Below, piece after piece: positions 9,761 to 17,779 of a DNA stretch of 64,000 nucleotides. The notes below the pieces were generated by a model. That model was not told where the DNA came from. It made no database searches and saw only the letters and a program-made list of their open reading frames with translations. This DNA is from an uncultured Flavobacteriales bacterium (lineage in GTDB: Bacteria > Bacteroidota > Bacteroidia > Flavobacteriales > UBA7312), in assembly GCA_913041085.1 (NCBI GenBank), contig CAJWHN010000002.1, positions 3,008 through 67,007 on the forward strand. Reading direction: 5' to 3'. Made by a program: the position numbers and the translations under genes. Numbering within the stretch: position 1 is the stretch's first letter; the number at the start of each line of letters is the position of its first letter.

Positions 9761-10099
9761 ATGTCGGATTTTCTAATCAATGCCGGACTGATTCTAACCT
9801 ACATTATGATAGGTGTTGCTGCCCTAGCAGCCGTTATCTATCCTTTGATGTTCTTGGCTAAGAATCCTTCAAAAGGCAAAACAGCGTTGATGGGTGTTGG
9901 TGGATTGCTGCTTATAGCGGTTGTATCTTACATCATCGCATCAGGAGATTTAATGACTTTCCCTGGTTCTGAAAAGTTTGGAATGACAGAAGCCTCCACT
10001 AAAAGAGTAGGCATGGGTTTAATTACCTTCTACATACTTTCTATTGGTGCTATTCTAGCCGTTCTTTATGCTGAGTTAGGTAAACTATTTAAAAAGTAA
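9761..10099 (+). CDS. Small integral membrane protein (about 3 TM) of unknown function inside the exbB-exbD cluster
   Basis: 112 aa with three hydrophobic segments. It is tightly packed: 2 nt after exbB and 3 nt before exbD. Confidence 0.6.
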   Translation: MSDFLINAGLILTYIMIGVAALAAVIYPLMFLAKNPSKGKTALMGVGGLLLIAVVSYIIASGDLMTFPGSEKFGMTEASTKRVGMGLITFYILSIGAILAVLYAELGKLFKK

Positions 10100-10102
10100 A
10101 TT

Positions 10103-10648
10103 ATGGCAAGAAGAGCAAAAGGTGCATCGGAAATCAATGCAGGCTCTATGGCAGATATCGCCTTCTTACTGCTTATCTTCTTCCTAGTAACTACTACTAT
10201 GGACGTGGATACCGGTTTGGCGCGTAAACTACCTCCTATGCCTGAAGAAGATGTTATTCAAGATGATTCTCAAATAAAAGCCAAAAACATCTATGTGGTA
10301 CTGATAAACTCCAATAACCAATTATTGGTAGAAAACGAGTTTATGGATATCACACAACTTCGTGCAGGTGCTAAAGCTTTTATCAATAATAATGGTCGTA
10401 ATCCCGAGTCATCGGACAACCCACAAAAAGCTATTATTTCTCTACAAAACGATAGAGGTACATCTTACGAAACCTACATTCAAGTGCAAAACGAATTGGC
10501 GGCTGCTTATAGAGAGCTCAGAGACGCTAAGGCTATGCAACGTTTTGGTATGATGTATGCTGATTTGAACAAGACACAGCTGAAAGAGATAAGAAAGGAA
10601 TACCCTCAGAAAATCTCCGAAGCAGAACCCAAAAATATAGGAAACTAA
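10103..10648 (+). CDS. exbD: ExbD/TolR biopolymer transport protein
   Basis: N-terminus EINAGSMADIAFLLLIFFLVTTTM is the ExbD TM signature. Confidence 0.85.
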   Translation: MARRAKGASEINAGSMADIAFLLLIFFLVTTTMDVDTGLARKLPPMPEEDVIQDDSQIKAKNIYVVLINSNNQLLVENEFMDITQLRAGAKAFINNNGRNPESSDNPQKAIISLQNDRGTSYETYIQVQNELAAAYRELRDAKAMQRFGMMYADLNKTQLKEIRKEYPQKISEAEPKNIGN

Positions 10649-10650
10649 TT

Positions 10651-11118
10651 ATGTCTAAATTCAGAAAAGATTCGAAAAAGGATACGCCAGGAATATCGAC
10701 AGCATCGCTGCCCGATATCGTATTTATGCTGTTGTTTTTCTTTATGGTAACAACCGTTATGCGTGAGACCACCATTATGGTACAACAAAGTTTACCACAA
10801 GCGACAGAGATACAAAAGCTAGAAAAGAAATCTTTAGTAAGCTATATCTACATTGGAAGTCCAGTGGAGAGGATGCAAGGTACTTATGGTACTAAAGCCC
10901 GTATTCAGCTTAACGATGCCTTTGCTACTGTCGATGATATTCCACAGTACATTACTGCCGAGCGTACTGCTCGTGACGAAAAAGAAGTGCCGTTTATGAC
11001 CACTTCTATAAAGGCTGACCAAAATACCAAAATGGGTATTGTAACTGACGTTAAGCAAGAGCTTCGTAAAGCCAATGCACTCAAGATTAACTATTCTACA
11101 AGAAAGAAAGTTCAGTAA
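10651..11118 (+). CDS. exbD: ExbD/TolR biopolymer transport protein (second paralog)
   Basis: TASLPDIVFMLLFFFMVTTVM is the ExbD TM signature. Confidence 0.85.
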   Translation: MSKFRKDSKKDTPGISTASLPDIVFMLLFFFMVTTVMRETTIMVQQSLPQATEIQKLEKKSLVSYIYIGSPVERMQGTYGTKARIQLNDAFATVDDIPQYITAERTARDEKEVPFMTTSIKADQNTKMGIVTDVKQELRKANALKINYSTRKKVQ

Positions 11119-11140
11119 AAATTGTTTAAATTTTAAAGTT

Positions 11141-11170
11141 AAAGACCCGTAAAAACGGGTCTTTTTTTTT
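11141..11170. terminator. Bidirectional rho-independent terminator between convergent exbD and the CPBP protease
   Basis: AAAGACCCG-TAAAAA-CGGGTCTTTTTTTTT. A 6-bp GC-rich stem is flanked by an A-run and a T9 run. Confidence 0.75.
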
Positions 11171-12059
11171 AGGTCGATTGAGGTTTAGAAATCGTCTTGA
11201 GCAAATACAGCAACATGAGCAGTCCTAATAAAGCGATGACAAGCATGGATAGCTGACCATCTTCAGCCCCTAGATGCTCAACCTCTTTGGAGATGCTTTG
11301 TTGGTTAATGAAGTAACTCAAGATAACTGCTCCTGCATTATTGACAAAATGCGCCAAAATAGGCAACCATATTGAACCACTCCAATAAAACAAATAACCC
11401 AACAAGCCACCGATTAGAAAGCGAGGGATAAAACCTAAAAATTGTAAGTGCATAGCACTAAAAAGAAAAGCTGTTATCCAAATACTCAAGTGTATTTTGC
11501 CATTTCTAGAAAACAACTCTTTCTGTATGACTCCCCTAAATAATAACTCCTCGCCAAGTGCTGGAATAACACCAATAATTAGGATATTGAGCAATAACCC
11601 CGACCAATGATTAACCTTTAAAAAGGCCTCCGTTATCTGCATAGCCTGACTTTCTGCCGAACGCATCCAGTCTTCTAGGCCAGACAAAAAAGATGGTAAA
11701 TGCAAACCTTCATTCCATAAAGCTAAGGCATTAATTAAAGGGAAAGCAAAGCACATAATAGCTATGGTCAACAGAAATTGCTGACGACTCACTGCGTTAA
11801 AATTTAGTGACTTAGACGTCAGATAGGCAAATAAAAAAGGAGGTACAATAAATATTCCAATAGAGCTAAACGCTTGTAAAAACTTCAAGGATTGTATGGT
11901 AGCTTTATTCTCAAAATCACTTAGAGAAGGGGCATCAATGAGGCTAACGCCTATCATACCTAAAGCGTTGAAGACAATAAAGCTCACAAATAGCAGCATC
12001 AATAGGATAAAGACTTGCTTTATGGGTGCATAATCTTGATAAATGCCTTTAAGATTCAT
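11169..12059 (-). CDS. CPBP-family intramembrane glutamic endopeptidase (CAAX protease-like)
   Basis: Multi-TM protein with the motifs GEELLFRG and FSAMH...VNN. I chose the start at ATG 12059 (MNLKGIYQ...). The longer ORF-track form would overlap dusB and its promoter. Confidence 0.75.
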   Translation of the reverse strand: MNLKGIYQDYAPIKQVFILLMLLFVSFIVFNALGMIGVSLIDAPSLSDFENKATIQSLKFLQAFSSIGIFIVPPFLFAYLTSKSLNFNAVSRQQFLLTIAIMCFAFPLINALALWNEGLHLPSFLSGLEDWMRSAESQAMQITEAFLKVNHWSGLLLNILIIGVIPALGEELLFRGVIQKELFSRNGKIHLSIWITAFLFSAMHLQFLGFIPRFLIGGLLGYLFYWSGSIWLPILAHFVNNAGAVILSYFINQQSISKEVEHLGAEDGQLSMLVIALLGLLMLLYLLKTISKPQST

Positions 12060-12077
12060 ATCGAATAATAAATTAGT

Positions 12078-12085
12078 TAATTTTG
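12078..12085 (+). promoter_or_regulatory. -7 box TAATTTTG, 5 nt before the dusB ATG
   Basis: Exact TAnnTTTG. It supports the start at 12091. Confidence 0.45.
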
Positions 12086-12090
12086 CAAAA

Positions 12091-13086
12091 ATGAGTGTAA
12101 AGATAGGTAATATCGATTTAGGTGAGTTTCCATTGCTATTAGCACCTATGGAAGATGTCAGTGACCCGCCATTTCGTGCGTTATGCAAACGCCACGGAGC
12201 TGATGTTATGTACACGGAATTCATCTCTTCAGAAGGTCTAATACGTGATGCTGTAAAGAGTACTCAAAAATTAGATTTCTTCGATTACGAACGCCCACTA
12301 GCCATTCAAATTTTTGGACACGATATAGAGTCCATGAAGCAAACCACCAAAATATGTGAGAAGGTAAATCCTGACTTCATAGATATCAATTACGGTTGCC
12401 CAGTAAAAAAGGTGACCTGCAAAGGAGCTGGTTCGGGCATCCTCAAAGATATCCCTAAGATGGTATCCATGACCAAAGAGATTGTCAATTCCACTCATTT
12501 GCCAGTAACCGTAAAAACACGATTGGGCTGGGACGATAATAGCAAACACATCGTTGAAATTGCTGAACGACTGCAAGATGTTGGCATCAAAGCTATCGCT
12601 ATACACGGTCGTACACGCAAACAAATGTATAAGGGAGAAGCCGATTGGAGTCTTATTGCCGATGTCAAGAACAACCCACGCATGCACATTCCTGTATTTG
12701 GAAATGGCGATGTGGATAGCCCACAGACTGCTCAACTAAAACGTGATAAATACGGCGTTGATGGTATTATGATTGGTCGTGCTGCCATAGGTTACCCTTG
12801 GATATTCAATGAAATAAAACACTTTCTAAAAACAGGACAAGAACTGCCTAAGCCTACTATGAAAGAACGCATAGAGGTATGTAAAGAGCATTTGGAATTT
12901 TCCTTAAAATGGAAAGGTCCAATCTTAGGTGTTGTAGAAACAAGACGACACTACACCAATTATTTTAAACATATTCCAAATTTTAAAGAATACAGAATGC
13001 GATTAGTGACGGCACAACAGCCAGAAGAACTTTTTGAGATTCTTAGCGAAATAGAACGTACATTTGGAGAATATGAATTTGCTTAA
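12091..13086 (+). CDS. dusB: tRNA-dihydrouridine synthase
   Basis: LLLAPMEDVSDPPFRALC...INYGCPVKKV...HGRTRKQMY motifs. Confidence 0.9.
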   Translation: MSVKIGNIDLGEFPLLLAPMEDVSDPPFRALCKRHGADVMYTEFISSEGLIRDAVKSTQKLDFFDYERPLAIQIFGHDIESMKQTTKICEKVNPDFIDINYGCPVKKVTCKGAGSGILKDIPKMVSMTKEIVNSTHLPVTVKTRLGWDDNSKHIVEIAERLQDVGIKAIAIHGRTRKQMYKGEADWSLIADVKNNPRMHIPVFGNGDVDSPQTAQLKRDKYGVDGIMIGRAAIGYPWIFNEIKHFLKTGQELPKPTMKERIEVCKEHLEFSLKWKGPILGVVETRRHYTNYFKHIPNFKEYRMRLVTAQQPEELFEILSEIERTFGEYEFA

Positions 13087-13603
13087 ACCACAATCCATTT
13101 TTATTGTTATGGTAGGAGTTACCTTATTTTTCTCCTCATGCAAAGAAGAAGAAGGCTGTACAGATTTACTAGCACTAAATTATGACTTAAATGCCGCAAA
13201 GGATAATGGTTCTTGTAAGTATTTGAGTGAAAATTTTATAGGGGTATATTCCATTAATGATAGTATTACTGGCGGCATGATACCTGGTGAATGGGAAGGC
13301 CAACGAAACTACACGATAGAGATTGTTCAAAATGAAGATAACCCCAGTCAAATTATAATCAGAAATTGGGCAAAAGTTCACACTTATACTGACAACCCCA
13401 CAGCAGACTATACACAAGTTTCCGCTCAAGTCGATGGAGACAGTTTGTTTGTCGAATTTCAAGAAATTATTAATACCGACGGCTATAAAGCTCACAATAG
13501 CAGTGGTAAAATAATAGGTGATTCCATTTTTTACGATTTTGAATACGAAAACTTTTTTGGGGAAGTATTTTGGGGAACAGCTAATGGCATTAAAATAGAA
13601 TGA
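13073..13603 (+). CDS. Lipoprotein of unknown function
   Basis: Signal peptide plus lipobox MNLLKPQSIFIVMVGVTLFFSSC. Cys-bracketed mini-motif GCTDLLALNYDLNAAKDNGSCKY. The ATG at 13073 is preferred to the ORF-track TTG at 13064. Confidence 0.6.
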   Translation: MNLLKPQSIFIVMVGVTLFFSSCKEEEGCTDLLALNYDLNAAKDNGSCKYLSENFIGVYSINDSITGGMIPGEWEGQRNYTIEIVQNEDNPSQIIIRNWAKVHTYTDNPTADYTQVSAQVDGDSLFVEFQEIINTDGYKAHNSSGKIIGDSIFYDFEYENFFGEVFWGTANGIKIE

Positions 13604-14319
13604 AAGAAACACGCATCAATAAATATTTAAGTGAAGTAGGCTATTGTTCTAGACGAGCTGCCGATAAACTTATAGAACAAGGGCGAGTGACCATCAATGG
13701 TGAAGTGCCACTTATGGGAACTAAAATATTAGAGGGAGATAAAGTGTGTGTTGATGGTAAGGCGGTAAGCAAGTCGGAAGAAGAAGCAGTCTATATTGCC
13801 CTAAATAAACCTACGGGCATTGTTTGCACTACTGATACTAGAGTAGAAAAAGATAACATCATAGACTTCCTCAACTATCCCAAACGTATTTTTCCTATTG
13901 GCAGATTGGACAAAGCAAGTGAAGGGCTTATACTTTTAACTAATGATGGAGATATCGTAAACAAAATACTAAGAGCCAGAAACAACCACGAAAAGGAATA
14001 CATTGTGCATGTCAATAAAAAAATTGATGCTGACTTTGTGAGCAAGATGAGTCAAGGTATTCCAATTTTGGACACCGTTACTCGCCCTTGTAAAGTCAAA
14101 AAAATAGGAGATTATCGTTTTAAAATTATTCTGACTCAAGGATTGAACCGACAAATTCGCCGAATGTGTGAATACTTAGGTTATCATGTAGTCAGACTCA
14201 AGCGTATTCGTATAATGAATATTCACCTCGATTTGAAAGTGGGTGAGCATCGTGATTTGAGCAAATCTGAACTGAAAGAGTTAAATCGTCTTATTGAACC
14301 TTCTTCAAAGACGGTTTAG
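13600..14319 (+). CDS. rluF: rRNA pseudouridine synthase, RsuA/RluF family
   Basis: S4 domain RINKYLSEVGYCSRRAADKLI. Catalytic motif GRLDKASEGLILLTNDG. Confidence 0.85.
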   Translation: MKETRINKYLSEVGYCSRRAADKLIEQGRVTINGEVPLMGTKILEGDKVCVDGKAVSKSEEEAVYIALNKPTGIVCTTDTRVEKDNIIDFLNYPKRIFPIGRLDKASEGLILLTNDGDIVNKILRARNNHEKEYIVHVNKKIDADFVSKMSQGIPILDTVTRPCKVKKIGDYRFKIILTQGLNRQIRRMCEYLGYHVVRLKRIRIMNIHLDLKVGEHRDLSKSELKELNRLIEPSSKTV

Positions 14320-15518
14320 AAATAGCGTTTGACCAACTGCCTAGCTGGGATTAGACTAGCTATACAGCCAATTCCAAAGACTGTTATAAGCACTAATAAT
14401 ATGTCTAAATATTCTATAACAACAGGATAACTATCGACTACAAAAGAGCCATTTCCCATTTTTATTAGTCCGAACTGAATTTGTAGCCAAGCGATGAAAA
14501 TACCCAAAATTAAACCTGCAATTGCACCAACAGCAGTCGTTAAAAGCCCCTCAAAGAAAAAGATACGCTTAACCAGTTGAGGCGATGCACCAAGGTGAAA
14601 TAGCAGTTTTATATCGTTCTTTTTTTCTATCATTAGCATTGTTAAAGCCCCGATAATATTAAAGGTCGCTATGATGAGAATAAAGCTCAAAATGATAAAT
14701 ACCGCTAATTTTTCAGAGTTTAATATCTTATATAAAAAAGCATGTTGCTGGTATTTACTCTTAACGCTAAACGACTCGCCTAATATATCTTGTAAATCGG
14801 TCTGTATCGTGGATATATCGGCATCAGCACAACGTATTTCTAAAAAGGAAGAAGACAAGCTATCTCTATTTAGCACTTCTCTAACAAAAGCAATATTGGT
14901 TAATACGTATTCAGCATCAAAATCGGATTGTATAGCAAAAACGCCTACTGGCAAAATACTTTTTTGAATGAAGGAGTTTTCTGGTCTTAACAAGTTCTTT
15001 TTTTCTCTGTCTGGTATATACACTTGCAATTGGTCAAATATATTTCCAATGTTCATAGAAAGGTAGTAGGCCACCCCTTGACCCACCACTGCCGTATGTT
15101 TAGCTGAATAAATGTCTAAATAATCGCCTGCAATGAGCATACTATCCACAGCATTAATGGCTTTGAAATTAGCATCAACACCTTTAAGAGTAGCGATGTA
15201 TTCTTTGTCTTGGTAGCGCAACAAGACCTTTTCTTCCAACACTTCAGAATATAAGATAGCATTATCATCGAGATAACTTTTAGCCTCTTGAAAGTCCGAC
15301 ACTTTTCCATCGAGAAGACTTACTTTTATCGGTGGATCAAAAGAATTGTATAGCGACAAAATAAGTTGTTCAAAACCGTTGAATACCGATAGCACAAGAA
15401 TCAAAGCGGCAGTACCAATGCCTACGCCAATCATAGAAGCTAAGCTCACATAATGAACGACATTTTTGGACTTTTTAGAGAACAAATAACGCTTAGCGAT
15501 ATAAAAGGCGACTTTCAA
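14316..15518 (-). CDS. FtsX-like ABC transporter permease (LolC/E-like)
   Basis: FYIAKRYLFSKKSKN...SLASMIGVGIGTAALILVLSVFNGF is the LolE-like N-terminus. The C-terminus has the FtsX 3-TM bundle. The start codon is apparently TTG. Confidence 0.8.
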   Translation of the reverse strand: MKVAFYIAKRYLFSKKSKNVVHYVSLASMIGVGIGTAALILVLSVFNGFEQLILSLYNSFDPPIKVSLLDGKVSDFQEAKSYLDDNAILYSEVLEEKVLLRYQDKEYIATLKGVDANFKAINAVDSMLIAGDYLDIYSAKHTAVVGQGVAYYLSMNIGNIFDQLQVYIPDREKKNLLRPENSFIQKSILPVGVFAIQSDFDAEYVLTNIAFVREVLNRDSLSSSFLEIRCADADISTIQTDLQDILGESFSVKSKYQQHAFLYKILNSEKLAVFIILSFILIIATFNIIGALTMLMIEKKNDIKLLFHLGASPQLVKRIFFFEGLLTTAVGAIAGLILGIFIAWLQIQFGLIKMGNGSFVVDSYPVVIEYLDILLVLITVFGIGCIASLIPARQLVKRYF

Positions 15519-15520
15519 TC

Positions 15521-15856
15521 TTACTTTAATAAATCTTCTATTTGTTGGGAGTAATCGACAGAATCGTCAAGGAAAAACTTCAGTTCGGGTACTTTGCGCA
15601 TTTGATTGCGTATGCGTTCCCCTAATTTTTTGCGAATAGCATAAGATTGCTGATTCATTTTAGCCAATAAAGCCTCTTTGTCTTCTGTGCCAAAAACACT
15701 GATGTATACTCTAGCGATTGATAAATCAGGCGAAATTCTAACCACCGTAACGGACACTAAAGAAGTGCCGATTAAGTCTCGTCCTTTGAGTTGCAATATT
15801 TCTGACAAATCCTTCAACAACTGCCTAGAAACTTTCTTCTGTCTTGTACTTTCCAT
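15521..15856 (-). CDS. rbfA: Ribosome-binding factor A
   Basis: 111 aa; ...VTVVRISPDLSIARVYISV... is the RbfA KH-like pattern. Confidence 0.9.
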   Translation of the reverse strand: MESTRQKKVSRQLLKDLSEILQLKGRDLIGTSLVSVTVVRISPDLSIARVYISVFGTEDKEALLAKMNQQSYAIRKKLGERIRNQMRKVPELKFFLDDSVDYSQQIEDLLK

Positions 15857-15900
15857 AGAACAAAGATAAATTTTTAGAACCTTAAAAAGAGCAATTTAAA

Positions 15901-15908
15901 TACATTTG
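15901..15908 (+). promoter_or_regulatory. -7 box TACATTTG, 4 nt before the ABC transporter ATG
   Basis: Exact TAnnTTTG with a 4-nt gap to the ATG at 15913. Confidence 0.45.
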
Positions 15909-15912
15909 CACT

Positions 15913-17730
15913 ATGAAGGATTTTTTAAGGGTGTTACGATTTGCTAAACCTTACTGGATATATGCTGTATTCAATATTGTGTTTAATATCCTTACGGTAC
16001 TCTTTTCCTTGGTTTCAATAACGATGATTATTCCTTTCTTAGGTCTATTATTTGGCACTCAAGAAAAGGTTTACCAAGCACCGCCTTTAACCTTTAGCAC
16101 AACATCTATTACAGAAAATTTCTACTTTCAAATTACACAAATCATAGAGACACGAGGACAAATTGACGCCTTACTTTTTATATGTGGTCTGGTACTAGTT
16201 ATGTTTTTATTTAGAAATCTGTTCCGATACTTAGCCTTATTTTTCCTTACGCCCATACGCAATGGTGTGGTGAGAGATATGAGAAATGCTTTGCATAAAA
16301 AGGTACTCCATTTGCCCCTTGGCTATTATACCGAAAAGAGAAAAGGCGACATCATTGCACGTATGACTACAGACCTCGTGGAGATAGAATGGTCCATTAT
16401 GAGTTCTTTAGAAATGATTTTCAAAGATCCGCTTAATATCATCATCTTCTTAGCTAGTTTAGTTTTTATTAGTCCTGAGCTAACCGTCTTTGTTATTGTC
16501 TTATTTCCTATTGCTGGATTTCTCATTGCTCGTATTGGCAAAAGTCTTAAAAAATCATCTGAGGAAGGGCAAAGTAAGATGGGAGAAATATTGTCAAATA
16601 TTGAAGAAAACATTGGTGGATTACGCATAATAAAAGCCTTCAGAGCTGAACATATCATACAATCCCAATTTGAAAAAAATAGCGATGACTATCGTAAAAC
16701 TATGACTAAGCTTTTACGCAAAAAAGATTTGTCATCTCCTATGAGTGAATTTTTGAGTACAATAGTACTTGTTTGCGTAATGTGGTTTGGTGGTCAGTTG
16801 GTTTTGGGTAGCGAAAATAGTCTATCACCCGAGGCATTTATTGGCTACATCGCTATATTTTCTCAAATCATACCACCTGCCAAATCCTTTACTACGGCCT
16901 TTTACTATCTGCAAAAAGGAAGTGCTTCATCTCAAAGGGTAATGGATATTTTAGAAACGGAAAACAGCATTAAAGACCCTAAGGTTGCTAAAGGTAAAGG
17001 CTTTAGTCAGCAGTTGAGTTTTAATAATGTTAGCTTTCAGTACGACACTCAAGCTGTTTTGAAGAACATCTGTTTCGACATAAAGGTAGGGCAAACCATC
17101 GCTTTAGTGGGAGAATCTGGAAGTGGTAAATCTACTATTGCCGATTTATTGGCTCGTTTTTACGATATTGAAAAGGGAGAAATTACTATTGATGGTATCA
17201 ATATTAAAGACTTTAAGCTTGCTGACTTGAGAGGACTGATGGGGATTGTTTCTCAAGACTCTATACTGTTCAATGACAGTGTATTTAATAACATCACTTT
17301 AGGCCATGAAGACGCCAATATGGACGATGTTATTGCCGCAGCCAAAGCCGCTAATGCTCACGATTTTGTGATGGAGATGGCTGAAGGCTATGACAGTAAT
17401 GTTGGCGAGGGAGGTAGTAAATTGTCTGGCGGACAAAAGCAACGTCTAAGTATTGCCAGAGCTATTTATAAAAACCCTCCAATACTCATACTAGATGAGG
17501 CCACCTCATCACTAGACACCCAGTCTGAAAAATTGGTACAAGAAGCCTTGGGGCAACTCATGAAAAACAGAACCTCTTTAGTCATTGCCCACCGACTTTC
17601 TACCATTCAAAATGCCGATAATATATTGGTAATGAAAGAAGGGGAAATTGTTGAGCAAGGAAGCAACCAAGAGCTTATCCAAAAAGAAGGGCTTTACAAG
17701 CGTTTGCAAGACTATCAAAACTTATCTTAA
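15913..17730 (+). CDS. ABC transporter permease/ATPase fusion (MsbA-like exporter)
   Basis: Six-TM N-terminal domain. Walker A GESGSGKST, signature LSGGQKQR, Walker B ILILDEATS. Confidence 0.85.
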   Translation: MKDFLRVLRFAKPYWIYAVFNIVFNILTVLFSLVSITMIIPFLGLLFGTQEKVYQAPPLTFSTTSITENFYFQITQIIETRGQIDALLFICGLVLVMFLFRNLFRYLALFFLTPIRNGVVRDMRNALHKKVLHLPLGYYTEKRKGDIIARMTTDLVEIEWSIMSSLEMIFKDPLNIIIFLASLVFISPELTVFVIVLFPIAGFLIARIGKSLKKSSEEGQSKMGEILSNIEENIGGLRIIKAFRAEHIIQSQFEKNSDDYRKTMTKLLRKKDLSSPMSEFLSTIVLVCVMWFGGQLVLGSENSLSPEAFIGYIAIFSQIIPPAKSFTTAFYYLQKGSASSQRVMDILETENSIKDPKVAKGKGFSQQLSFNNVSFQYDTQAVLKNICFDIKVGQTIALVGESGSGKSTIADLLARFYDIEKGEITIDGINIKDFKLADLRGLMGIVSQDSILFNDSVFNNITLGHEDANMDDVIAAAKAANAHDFVMEMAEGYDSNVGEGGSKLSGGQKQRLSIARAIYKNPPILILDEATSSLDTQSEKLVQEALGQLMKNRTSLVIAHRLSTIQNADNILVMKEGEIVEQGSNQELIQKEGLYKRLQDYQNLS

Positions 17731-17748
17731 TTTTTTATCTTTTCTTAT

Positions 17749-17756
17749 TATCTTTG
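17749..17756 (+). promoter_or_regulatory. -7 box TATCTTTG upstream of the T9SS substrate gene
   Basis: Exact TAnnTTTG 23 nt upstream of the ATG at 17780. It argues against the longer ORF-track start at 17648. Confidence 0.4.
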
Positions 17757-17779
17757 AAGCTATTAACTATTTAAGAGAA

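Noticed and set aside
12298-13612. Long antisense ORFs (12298-12735, 145 aa; 13187-13612, 141 aa), and similar ones elsewhere (16326-16658, 3272-3571, 14671-14967, 33654-33950)
   Set aside because: Each lies entirely inside a confidently identified gene on the opposite strand (dusB, the lipoprotein, the ABC transporter, the TonB-dependent receptor, lolE-like, leuS). Their translations are low-complexity with no motifs.
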